A DNA stretch of 64,000 nucleotides, from assembly GCA_964270895.1 (NCBI GenBank), contig OZ185436.1, one strand, 5' to 3'. Positions 38,960 through 51,193 of this stretch are shown here, piece after piece; position 1 is the first letter of the stretch, and every line of letters begins with the position of its first letter. The notes under the pieces were generated by a model that was not told the DNA's origin, made no database searches, and was given only the letters and a program-made list of their open reading frames with translations. Source of the stretch: Podarcis filfolensis (lineage: Eukaryota). A program made the position numbers and the translations under genes.

Positions 38960-39110
38960 CAACATTCCACATATCTGAGTAGGCTTGTCTAAACAAACAT
39001 GTTTTTGGCAGTCACCAAAAAGTACAGTGAAGGAGCCTGCCTGCCTGATATCAAGAAGCAATGAGTTCCAAAGTGTAGGTGCTGCCACATTAAAATATAG
39101 ATTTCTTATG
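38960..39110 (-). mobile_element. Old L2 ORF2 C-terminal fragment
   Basis: Minus-strand peptide VAAPTLWNSLLLDIRQAGSF. Confidence 0.6.
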
Positions 39111-40687
39111 AATAGCAAAGTAAATCTAAACAGCCAGAAAATGCCCACAAAAAAGTGACATATCTGAAGTTAACAGACATGTACATGGACATTTTCATCA
39201 TGTGGTCCTAAGCATTAGCTTGCTTAAAAGGAACGAAATGTTCACAGATATTCACTGGGGTTATTTAAACAAAAACAATTTTTTTTATCATTTGTCTCTA
39301 GAAGTGAATAGCCCCTTAAATTGCAAGCAGGGAGGCTTAAGAAACTTAAAAAGCAGGCCACCTAAATATGACTGTTCCTTCAGTAAAATCCCTTCCCACT
39401 CTCCTCAAACAAAAATTAATTTGAAAGGCATTTCTTGTAGCCTTACTTGATTCTCCAAGATTGATTGTTTTTAAAGTGCCTATTTGTAAGGCAGTTTCTT
39501 CAGAGCAAGATAATACAGAGATTTGGAGGTGGGAAAGAATAGTTAGAGAGGGTTATTTTTTAAGAAATCATTACATTGTCTGGTTTCTATAAGAAAAGTA
39601 TTCCAAGCAAAGGTGGGGGGACGGGACACTTAGGAAGTTTGAGGGGGAGTCTTCTCCACCCAAATTCAAGTGATGCAACTAAAAATATTCCTGCAGTTTC
39701 GCTCAGGATCGTAAGCTTAGTTTTATGATCAAAGTGCTCAGCTGCTCTCATTTATACTCAGTCCATGTACACACTGCTGTGGCATTTCCATTTTAGTGCC
39801 TATCTTTTCCAACATACTTGGCACCTTATCTTTCCCTGCTGCTGAAGTCTGACTTAAAACATGGCATTTCCTTTCCTTGTGGTTTCAACTTCTCCCATGT
39901 TCTTACTGAAATATTCATTTGCTGACCATAATTTATGATATTTGGACATGTTTAGGGCGTTTCTGCCTCCTGGACAGCTACGTGTTTAAAATCATCTCTG
40001 TGTGAGCAATCAGTTATTTCACTAGACTACAAAGCCCAAATGAAATCAGGTGCTTGAGGAAAACGTATTTGCTTTGCTTAACAATCACACCACAAAGCAA
40101 AACCAACCAAACAAAACCCAACTTTTATTCTTCTGAGCAGAGGATTAAGAGGATAATTCTATATATATATATATATGTATGACACATTTTCATATGCTGA
40201 CCTTCAACTATTATCAACAACAATAGTCCTTAGCTTCCTGGTTCATTTTTTTTAAACAACAACAACTGTAAAATGCCATGCTTAAATTACTTTTAGCAGC
40301 CTAAAGTCCACAGAATGTAAGCCTCTTCATCCATATTTGGTCTCACTTTCCCAGTTTATCACCACCTATTCCAACCTGCAGATCTTTAGCATTGAAACTA
40401 AATAGAGGGATTCAAAGTGCAATTGATTATTTTTTGCTCTAATACTCAGCTGTGCTACTTCGCAGGAAGATTGATCGTCCAGACCTTAGTAGTGGGATTA
40501 CATTACCTATAAGATTTCACAGTGCTATCACAAATCTAAATAACACCCCGGCCTCAAAATAATAAATAAATTTGAATATATCTCCAAGAAAGGCTTCTGC
40601 AAATACCCAAATGGAATTTAGATCGTGTGCTAGCCTACTTGGCACCTCAATATTTATTAGTGCTATGCACTAATACACAGGATTCAG

Positions 40688-40820
40688 ACCAGCTGGGACA
40701 CAAGACTCTTAACCTCAGGGTTATGGGTTCGAGCCCCACCCCTTTGGGCAAAAGATTCCTGCATTGCAGGGGGTTGGACTAGATGACCTTCGTGGTTCCT
40801 TCCAACTCTACGATTCCTTT
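40688..40820 (+). mobile_element. tRNA-derived SINE with a CR1-type 3' tail (Squam3-like)
   Basis: B box gggttcgagccc, then gattcctgcattgcagggggttggactagatgacc..ttccaactctacgattc; a partial second copy lies at ~41120-41200. Confidence 0.75.
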
Positions 40821-41663
40821 TTGGAGCCTCAGAAAACAACCTACCTAAGTCTAAGGCATATCATACGCTGCCTGATTAAGCTCAGGTTTCCTCTGAGTCT
40901 TCTTTATCCCTCCCCACCCCATTCGATACAACACCAAGTTGTCAAAGGAACTTTGACATACAGCTACATTCACTTTCTAAAAGAATGAGGAGGGGCAGAG
41001 GTAGTCATGTTGTTGGCGGGGAGGAATAATAAAGAACTTTTTGACAGTAAGAGCTGTTTGACAGTGGAACAGACCCCCATGAGAGGTGATTGACTCTCCT
41101 TGGATGGTCGTATGACGTGTGTGATCTAGTTGAGATTCCTGCATTGCAGGGGGCTGGACTCGATGACCCTCAGGATTTCTTCCAGCTCTACAATTCTATT
41201 ATTCAAATATTGACTCAATACTCAATATTTCAGCATTTATTTATTTTAAAAAATCTATTTCCCAGCATTTTTCGTGTGGACAAAGCTAGTTACATAGGCA
41301 CAAATTCTATCAGAAAGCCCTAAACTTTTGGCATGCTTTCATATGATTGCAGGAGTCCCACAGAGTGCTACCCACATTGTTACTGTAACACTGAAAGGGC
41401 ACTCTGGGCAGACCAATAACAATGTATTATACTTCTAAGCAGCTGCTTAGAGTAGATTATTTGGTCCTAAAGAACTTTCAGTGTTAAAATAAGCATACAA
41501 ACAACATGCGCACACACACACAAGTTTCTGAGAGCTCTTGAGAAATCCTATACGTCCATTAAAGGGAGGGAGGGAAAAAGAGATTGAGCTCCCCAAAGCT
41601 GTCTATCTACATTTGTACTTCCATGTGCTCTAATCCAGGGCAAGACAGGTAAAGCAGGCAAAC

Positions 41664-41772
41664 CTGTGGTATAAGGGCTGTTTTTTCTTGACTTCTCATC
41701 AGGTTGTTGATTGATTCAAAAAGCCTCCTCATTGCTTCTTCAAATTCTGTCACTTCTTTGCCTTCATACAGC
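41664..41772 (-). CDS. DOCK2: DOCK2 exon (~23), 109 nt: [36 protein letters not shown]
   Basis: Acceptor tttctctcag, weak donor CAG|gtttgc; phases fit both neighbours. Confidence 0.93.
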
Positions 41773-42059
41773 CTGAGAGAAAACATATTCTCATTAAGAA
41801 CTCCCTAACAAAACAAAAAATTGAAATCACTGGATTGTTATTATCAGACAGATACATTGGTATGTACCTAAAACGACTAACCTAATGTTATTGTTCCAAT
41901 TCATGGACACAGCACATAAAACGTACTTATTTATTTCCCCACTCCCACCCCAAGTTAATAGCCTTTACAGAAAAAAATACTTGAGGCTGTCTTTGGAAGA
42001 CAACTTGGACATTTCATGTAGTATGCATTGCAGTAATCCAGTCTGGAAGTTGCTAGAGC

Positions 42060-42330
42060 ATGGAGTAACATGGTTGAGTCATCTCCATCCAAAATGGCCT
42101 GTAGCTAGTGAACCAGCCATAGCTGGAAACAGGCACTCCTAGCTACCTGGGCCTCAAATGACAATGTTGGATCCAGGAGTACCACCAAGCTATGGAGCTG
42201 TTCCTTCCAGGGGAGTGCAACCCAGTTCAGAACAGGCTGTCTCCCCATGTCCTGCACTTGAGAACTTGGAAAACATATACAGACATTATCGGGACCCATG
42301 CAACTACTAAGAACTAAGACGAAATAAAAA
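42060..42330 (-). mobile_element. Old L2 RT fragment
   Basis: Minus-strand peptide LVVLLDPTLSFEAQVARSACFQLWLV, compared with the L2 motif LGVLLDPSLSLEAQVASVARSAF. Confidence 0.65.
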
Positions 42331-44469
42331 TCTACTACTAGCACTATTAGCAGGAGCAATCTAGATTAATTCAGGACTAGTTTTAGGAAATCCCAGACAA
42401 TAGTAGCCCTATATTTTTAAAACACAAACACATCACTGCTACTTAGATTACTAAACTTCTAACTGTCCAAGCATTTGGATGCCACATATTCTGTTCAGAT
42501 GAATAATGCTGTAGCCTGTACTATACAAGTCTGTAGCACAAAACTCTCAAATTCCTTCTCATCAGTTTCTTGTAGCACAATGAAAGCACCCAATGCTATT
42601 CATAATTGTTTCTTGAGTAACTCCATCACTATCCAATTCTGTGTCAAATCGAGATATTAAGAAAACGAGACAGCAAATGTGAATTAGATTACCAGCCAGC
42701 ATGAATTAATATCATATCCCAGCAGTATTTATAAAAGGCGAAAGCAGGGTTTAGCCATTCATCATCTGGTTGTATTATACCTTTATTAAATCAAATATCA
42801 GTTAATACATATTGCCTTTTTCTGAAAAAGGTAAAGCTCAAAGCTTGCTAATTAACAACAAAATTAAGGACTTTTCCCAATTCACATTAGTTAATAACAG
42901 TACTGCAGCCTTCATTCTATCAGGTTTATCAGTGGTCGTTAAAGCTGATTTAATCTTCTTTATTAGCAAATTAATCTAACCCGCTACATGAGGTTGAAAC
43001 AAGAATGGAAATGCATGTTTTATTATGACAAGGGAAGGCTAATACTTGCCTGAAGCTTATATACAAAAGCTAACAGCAATCCAATCTGCAAGTTACAGTC
43101 GCTTCCTCTGGCACCATTTACTTCCAACTAAAAGTCAAAGCTTACCCTTGCATGAAGATGCGATGTAGTCAAGCACATTGGACGTGTAAGACTCTCTCAT
43201 ACATTATAGCAGCACAACATGGAAACAGGATTTGTAAACATCACTTTTTACAACGTATTTTCTCAGCTGGGAAAAGCCATTTTATGATTGTTTCTACTCA
43301 CATTTTTTGCCAATTATTTCAACTATATTCTGATACACCATACAACTTGGTTACGACAGCCAAGCATCTATGTTGGTGAAACGTTGCTTACCTTTATTAA
43401 ACATCACTGCTTTGATGTATATAGCATCGCCTTATATTAATATACCAGTTTCATAAACCCCTCAAGAGTAGCATATTATTCCTTTGTCACACAAAGAGCC
43501 AATTGCTGTTGATACATTTATTTAATAATGAGCATAAGTGCTGGGTTGCTGTTGGTTTCCCACCCCCAACCCCCATATCTGCTACACAGCGTCTCAGTTT
43601 CCTGATTTGACAATATTTATGTTTAGTTTATATTATAGTACTAGTGATCCAGAGATCCGTTGGTACCATCAAAAACAATGAAACGGAACTAATTTCAAGT
43701 CAGTATTGCTCCAGTCTCCCTCTCCCTCTCACATTTTGCGTACATGTGGAGAAGAGCTGAAGTGGGCAACTGAATCCATTTAACCACCCTGCAACTTTCA
43801 CAGGCACAAGTTGTGCTGAAAGTGCAATGACATATAGCCTCTCCATCAACACCAGGTATGTACATCATGATGAATCTTCAATAAAAATAATGCCTGGAGG
43901 GGTCCTGATATGTAACTATAGACCAGCTTTGAATGAAACTTGCTCAAAGTGTTGGGAAGTGATTTTCCTGTGTTTGCAAGAGGGTAGGAAAATAATATCT
44001 AGAATGTGTTGGGGAATGAATATTTCAAAAGACTGAAATACTGAGTGAAGGTCAAAAGTGATTGTCTTTTGACAGATGGCAAACTTGCAGTAATGAAAAA
44101 AAGCTTAAAGCTTTTGTCAACAACACTTGAGAAAAAATAAAGCATTCATCTAAAAAGATACTGTGATTATGGCTGACGGTTGCTGCAAGGTTGTAGCTTT
44201 TAGTTGATCTAATGGATACATGAAAACCTAGAGAAGTAGAGGTAACTTCAGCTAATGGGATGTATCTTTGGTTTCATTTTAGACCAGTAGTTCTACAAAT
44301 AAATCAGACTATCAACATATGTATAAACCATAGGTTTACTCTGATATCCCTCTCCAGGGTTTCATTTGGATGTGTACTGACAACAATTGTGTTGTGACAA
44401 CAATACAGGCCAGAATACTTGTGCTTAAATTATGTGAAAAGACTTCACATAATTCCCCACGATGTCACA

Positions 44470-46080
44470 CACAGAACAGAAACAGACCAAATGTTGGAAG
44501 GACGGTATCCAACGCCTCTTGTCCCAATATAAATCACAAGATTTTCAGGTGACTATGAAGATAGACAAGAGGCACTTAAGAGATTGTCTCTTTAGGTCCC
44601 ATGCAGAAATGGATCTAACCATGATGGCTTCTACCAAGCGTTCACCATGGTTCCCATGGTCAAAGCTCCCACTTGCCGTGCTTAGAATTGCTTTCACAGA
44701 ATTACGATTCCAATCGATGCCCTCGGCGGTGTTGGATGGATGCTACGGCAAAGTACATTATGAAGAAAGACTTTGTCTTGCAGTTCACTTTCTCCTCCCA
44801 GACCTCTCGTCGTATCCACTCCTCTCAATAACACACTCAGCTTTCAATCAATTAAGCACCCCAAATAAAAAAAGAAACAGTCTCAGCTTGGACACATTAC
44901 GCGGGGGAGGTATATACAAAAATACAATAACTCGGAACAAAGTCTCACTTATATATCCTAAACTGGGTGAAAAATTACCATCCCTTTTGGTCGCTGGCGT
45001 AGCGCACTCCGACCAGAACAGAGCAGAAATGTTTCTATCCGCTTTTCAAATATTCAACTGTTTTTAATCAGTCCATTGCCTCAGATTTTTACACTTTGTA
45101 TCTGAAGTCTCTCCGCAACGCCCACTCGGCAGTTACAATCTTACTCCCTCTCTCTCCCAGTCTTCCGTTACACGCCGGTTACTCTTACCGCTGAGGCGAA
45201 TTCCTTCTTCTTTCATGTCATAATATCTTTGTTCCGCTGGTTTCTTTAACTTAAATTCAGTCTGTTATTGTTTTAGTTATAACCCAGCTTCTTAATTGTT
45301 GTTGGAGGCTTGCCGCTTTCACTCGGAGCCTGAGGCTTCACAGCACGGGGTCTGCTGCTTCCCTTTCGTGCTGCAGCTCCAATCCTGTTCTCAAACTTGG
45401 TTTAAAATGTCCGAAAAACAGGAGAGCACCGGCAGCACCGCCAGGTATCTGTCCCCCAAGATAATCCTCTTGGGGTTTCGAGGTCCACGGAGCCTTCGTG
45501 ACACCTCTAGACCCCCGTGTTGTTCGAGACCCCCCCCCCCGGAGGGCAGCCTCGCGCTCCTTTCTTGTGGCTGCGGCTCGCTGGAAGTCGAGCACAGCAG
45601 TCCTTGTGAGGCTTCAGACCCCGCCCTGGGCCAGGTGGTAAGTGGCAGGAAGGAGCAGGGCCCTCAGACACTCACACCTGTTCTAACATCACTTATTAAC
45701 ATCCCCTGTTTCCGAATGGAACTCACTTGAATAGGGTGGAAAGGGTGAAATGGCTGCTGAGCGATACTGATGACTTTGTAACTTATAAGGTAGCACTCTA
45801 TGCGCTGGCAGCTAAGAAGATCAGGAGGAAAGAACTAGATAAAATAGCGGTCAACTGCAAAGGGGATTCGGATATTTAATTTAGCATATTTTACTAGCGA
45901 ATCTTCTGCTATTCTATTTTACGCAACAAACAATCTTAGTAGTTGTGACTGTGGTTTATATTGTATGTGTGGTGCCTGATGATTTTTATGGTTATTGCTG
46001 GTTTTCCTTTTGTTATTTTTCTGAATGATGCCATGGCCTATGGCTAGCGCAATAAATGTCTATGATGATGATGACGACAA
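44470..46080 (+). mobile_element. 5'-truncated non-LTR retrotransposon (RTE-X-like, clade uncertain), split by an unrelated ~0.9 kb insert
   Basis: Left part ..SPWF..LRIAFTELRFQSMPSAVLDGCYGKVHYEERLCL (to ~44781). Right part THLNRVERVKWLLSDTDDFVTYKVALYALAAKKIRRKELDKI..DI* (45721-45879), then 3'UTR, AATAAA at 46051 and a (TGA)n tail. Confidence 0.7.
44782..45660. other. Unidentified CpG-rich insert
   Basis: About 38 CpG in ~850 nt by manual count, against a CpG-poor background; GC box ccccgccc at 45619; plus-strand donor gtaagt at 45638. Confidence 0.6.
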
Positions 46081-48118
46081 TGACAGGCAATACAAAGTCT
46101 AGTCTAGTTATAACAAGCGCACTAGATAAAATTGTTGCAGTGGGGAGAAGAAGGAATTTCAACCTAAGCATTAAATTAAATTGTGGTAAAATGTTGGTCT
46201 CCATGCTAAGCTAAAATTGAGGAGTTTGAGCTGAAGTTTTTGAACAGTCTGGGATTTATGTTTCCAATGTGTCAAAAAAAAAAAAAAAAAAAGATACTGG
46301 AACTTCAACAGGGCAGGGCAAGAGTGTGATAGTAAATCTCATTTTTCGAGATTACGTTTAAAAAGAGAGGACAGATGTCCCTAAAATTGTTTGTTTTTAC
46401 TTTTTGCCAAAGTTGAAAGCACAAACATGACCTCTGTACAAAGAAGAATTCCAATTGTTTTGAAATTGTAATCTGATATGATACACAAGGTTTAATAATG
46501 TGAACTGCTGCAGAAGTCAAAATAATTCTTGGGAGTATACAGTATAAATCAACAGGTGTGTTTTTTAGCTTTAGGCCTTGAAGTAACCCATCAAAAATGT
46601 AGTTGCTACAAACATGTAGTTAGCACCTTCCTTTGGTGTGCTTTGTAATCTGAAGCTAACTTTGTTTTAAAGTTAATTTTATTTTTAACATTTTAAAATG
46701 TATGAAATCCTTCCAGTGAAGCTCTGATGGACCCCTAACAAAGAAATCCTCCCTTTCCCGTAATCAAAGTCACAACAAGCCTGGCTATGATTTGTTGCTT
46801 TAATAGCTAGGTATTTAGCAAGGAAAGCTAGGGATCCTCCAATATTCCACAGCTTGAGTAGAAGAAACTGCTGGATATGTAATACAAATGTATTTATTTC
46901 TTCTTTTAAACATACTAGATACTTTTGATAAGATGGGGAACTCATTTTTTGAGAGTTTATGCTAAGCATTCCGCAAAGTATTAAATTATAGACCAGGTCT
47001 GATGACTCGCTGGGATCATGGCTATTTCTTTCTTCAGGTTCTTAAATGTTATTCTTATTGTGGCATTTTGCACTGAAAACAATCCCTCTTGTCCAATTAC
47101 CAGTTTTGTTTCTGTGCTATTCCTCCTAATGCATGGAAGGTAACAATTTGGTTAAAGAGTTGTTTCTATTTTGTGGTTCTGAATTTAAAACGTAAGGGCA
47201 GTTTCCTTGCACAATGTAGCTTTATACTCCTTATTGTGGGGGGGGGGGATATTTCCTACTGTGCTCTCAGATCTATCATATAAAGAGCGGGGGTGGGAGG
47301 GGACTGTTTTTGTATATAGTAAAAGTCAACCGAATTATTTACAGAAGAAAGCAAAGTCCTTGCTTAAATGGCAAGCCTGTGCTTCTTTTGGAGCAAATGG
47401 AGAACTTTTGCTCTTAAAAATTGTAGATCTTAAGGAAAACACTATTCCAAATTCAAGATTACTCCTTGAAATTAAATGTACAAGCTTATTACACACTTAT
47501 TGGTTTCTTAGACTCCCTTCTCCTCTCTGGGCCTATTTAGCAACTGTAATGTGTTGATCCTGAAGAATGCAATTAAAGCTACTGGAGACTGCTATGCAAC
47601 TTTACATTGTTGTGCTGATTTTGTATCCTGCAACACAAGATGCTATTTTACAAGAGCCATTACTACCTCTAAGGACAGCACAAACAAGGTTGATAACCTC
47701 TGCCAATACTGTAAATTGTGCCACTGCATCAGGTGCCATGTATAATATCTGTGTGCAATATCTGCTTTCATTGACCTTGCAAACAAAATTCATCTGTAAT
47801 CTTCTCCAGCCCAGAGCATTTCCAGTTCTATTTCTATTATGGCAAAATGTGAGCTCACTGTCACAGTAACTGCAACACCCACCCAATTAATCTATTTGAA
47901 TAATAGGCAGGTGAACACATGTCTGATCTATCAAGAATATACATTTTTTTAAAAAAATAAATAGATTTCCAACATTATTTAACAGAGTAGGTGATAAATT
48001 CCCCGAAACTCCCAAGAGCCTGATGAAATTAAGCAGGGGCCGCGTCTGGTGGTCAGGCCAGAAGCCCCTCACCCTTACCTCAGTGCTATTTCAAAAGTAA
48101 TCAGACTCTAATACTTAC

Positions 48119-48253
48119 TGTGAAAACAAAGTCCTTGACCGAACTATGAACTTGAACACATATTCCAGAGATTTCAGAGTTCTTAGTATAGGTTCACACT
48201 GTTCCCCTCTGCAGGAAATGTCCAAGTAAGTCTTCAAAACTGTCATTAGTTTC
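48119..48253 (-). CDS. DOCK2: DOCK2 exon (~22), 135 nt: [44 protein letters not shown](Q)
   Basis: Acceptor caatttcag, donor gtaagt; phase 2 at both ends. Confidence 0.96.
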
Positions 48254-50686
48254 CTGAAATTGAAAAAATGTGTTACAAAGGGGGAATGGGGCTAAACTTT
48301 ATCACATTTCCTTTGTATAGAGTGTAAAGTGGCAAATATCTATATAGTGCATGATGTAACATGGCAGACTTGGTTTTATTACTTTATAATTCAAATAAAA
48401 ATATTGCACAATTCAATGGGGGAAAAGCACAGTAGCATGACCTTTTATTTCCCATTATTATTTCTATCTATCACACAGGATGGCTTTGGACAGTGGCCAC
48501 GGTCATTGCACTGAATAATATTGCTAGTACAGTGTAGGGCTGGGAATTCTTGGCGCCAAACAATCTGCAACAAAGCAGTACTTTGGGTTGCAGTATTTAA
48601 ACGTTTTTGCAGCACGCAAAGTATTTTGGCAAGGACTGGAATGATGATGAAGATGACAAAGGACTGTACCTGAAAGTTACTGACTCATAGCTATGAGTGG
48701 AAAATATATTGGTGGAAATATATATTGTAAATCATACAATATATTCTGTATGCTCCATAGTCTAATATGCTCTTAGAAGAAAGTGCGTGTGCAATCGCAC
48801 ACACAAAACACCTCCCTTTTCAAAAATGGACTGAATCTAGCCTAGGTGAGCTCCCCTTTTGTAAACTATGAGACTTAAGTCATGACTGGTTTCAATAGCA
48901 GACTGATCCTCCCCTCCCCATGTGCTGTTCTGGGGGTTCTTCCGGCTTCCCTGCCTCAGAGCCAATTTCAGGGAGCACCAGGGTGCACAGCCTCATTGTA
49001 CAAGTGGAAGCCCTCGTTAGGTGAATCCTGCTCTTAGTATGAAGCAAAACTATTTTATATAATGACTAGAAACAAATCTAAGGACACATTCTGAACCGTA
49101 TTACATACCATACACACATGTGGATAGTAAAAATTCTCTATGTATCAGTGATCTTAAGAAGACTGTAGAATGGTACCAGCAATCCCTTGAACATTTGAGC
49201 AGGTGACCTCATTCCAACTCACAGCTTATGAAACTTTAGCGCTAACCAGATTCTGACTCTTCCACAGCCTCCCTGGAAGGGCCCATGAAATCACACCCCA
49301 AGCACCATGGCAGACTCCTTAGCAGAGCCAGCCCAAGACATTTTTCTGCCCAAGGCAAAGGACAAGATTCCACCCTCCATGGACAGAAGTTGACTGCGCT
49401 GGCCGTTGAACCTAAGTGCAACATTGGCAATAGGGTAACATATTCCACAGCACCTGAGGGCAGCAGGGGGTGCATTGTCTCCATGTGCTACCTAAAGAGA
49501 TTGATTAACTCATTCTACCTAATGGGAAAGCCTTAGACATTGCCCATTTTTAAAAAGAGATTCAAAGCTCCAGAACCCACTTAGGGCAACCATTAGAGAA
49601 CAGACAGAAGCTGTGCATGAAAGACTGCACCCAGCTTGATGCCCCAACACATGCAGTTTAGGGGAAGTTCCAGCCATAAGATCTAACACATTCACATCTC
49701 AAGGGACTAAGTTCTCATCTACACATGGAACAACATAACTAATTTTGCAGCTTGTGGATCTGTAGTGTAGTTCACCATATGCCTTGTCCACACAGTGCAG
49801 AATCTCTACACCATCATCACCACCAGACAAGATCTTCCATCAGTGGCATGGAGTTCTGCTACACATAATGCAGGAAATCTATTCGGCAAGTTAAACTTTG
49901 CACAGACAAGCCTTGTATACAAAGCATGTAGACCAGCACTCAGAGTTCGATGAGGAATCATTTTCTTGAAAATACAGTGAACAAAAACCAACATACGGTA
50001 GTAATAGATGGAGTTTAGTGCCAACAAACTCACTGGTACTTTTATTCCCTTTTTCCTTCCTGAGCGTATGGTAGATCTGAAGACCCATAGTGTTCTAAAG
50101 TCCCCACCAAACTAATAAATAGGGGGCAGGGTTAGGGGTTGCTTTAGTGCACTTGGGTTTGATGTGTAATCAATAAAAAGAATGCCAAATTGCTGTGAGT
50201 GAGCCTGATTTTATGTGACCTTTAGTGAGTCTTATGTTGTGGGCAAGTTTTTCCAATAAGGCAAGATGACACAGCTTGTCGTACCATCTGTCTATGGAAA
50301 ATTTGTGCACCTCTCTTCAGAAATATGACATTTCCCAAGATGAGTATCTGTTGGTGTTTGTATGTTAATTTGATGACAATATTTATTTAATTTTCCATAT
50401 TGATCTGAAGAAGGGAGCATTATCTTTCCCGAAGATTGACAGAAAAATAAAAATAAAATAATAATAATAATAAATAATAATAATAAACCTTTATTGTCCC
50501 TACACCGCCTATGTGCAGTGAAATTAAACGAGCCCCCCCCTCCCCTAAAGTCCAGAGAAGATGTCACTTCCAGCTCTGCCACCGAGTTTTACATGGAGAT
50601 ACCAGGGATGCTATGGATGGTGTGAATGCAAATTATTTGTTCTATATATCACTTTTCTCTCTAATGATTGAAATATCGTCAACTTA

Positions 50687-50842
<156 letters not shown>

Positions 50843-50978
50843 TCATTTGAAAAGTTACAGTTTGCAATGAGCTCCTAAAAAATTTCAATTAGGTATTTTG
50901 TGTATTAGCTAAAGCCAAAAGTTTATTATCGAGGGATGCAACATATCTATGTTGGTGATCCTGAAGCCATTTCAGTTA

Positions 50979-51152
<174 letters not shown>

Positions 51153-51154
51153 CT

Positions 51155-51156
<2 letters not shown>

Positions 51157-51188
<32 letters not shown>
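51157..51188. repeat. (AG)16 microsatellite, forming the polypyrimidine tract of DOCK2 exon 20 on the minus strand
   Basis: Ends 4 nt from the exon edge. Confidence 0.9.

Positions 51189-51193
<5 letters not shown>

Noticed and set aside
43365-43405. GAAACG as part of another hammerhead
   Set aside because: No upstream CTGANGA and no helix II.
44462-45067. Longest ORF in the window (201 aa) as a novel gene
   Set aside because: It is chimeric: the first half is a LINE ORF2 C-terminus and the rest is read-through into the unrelated insert.
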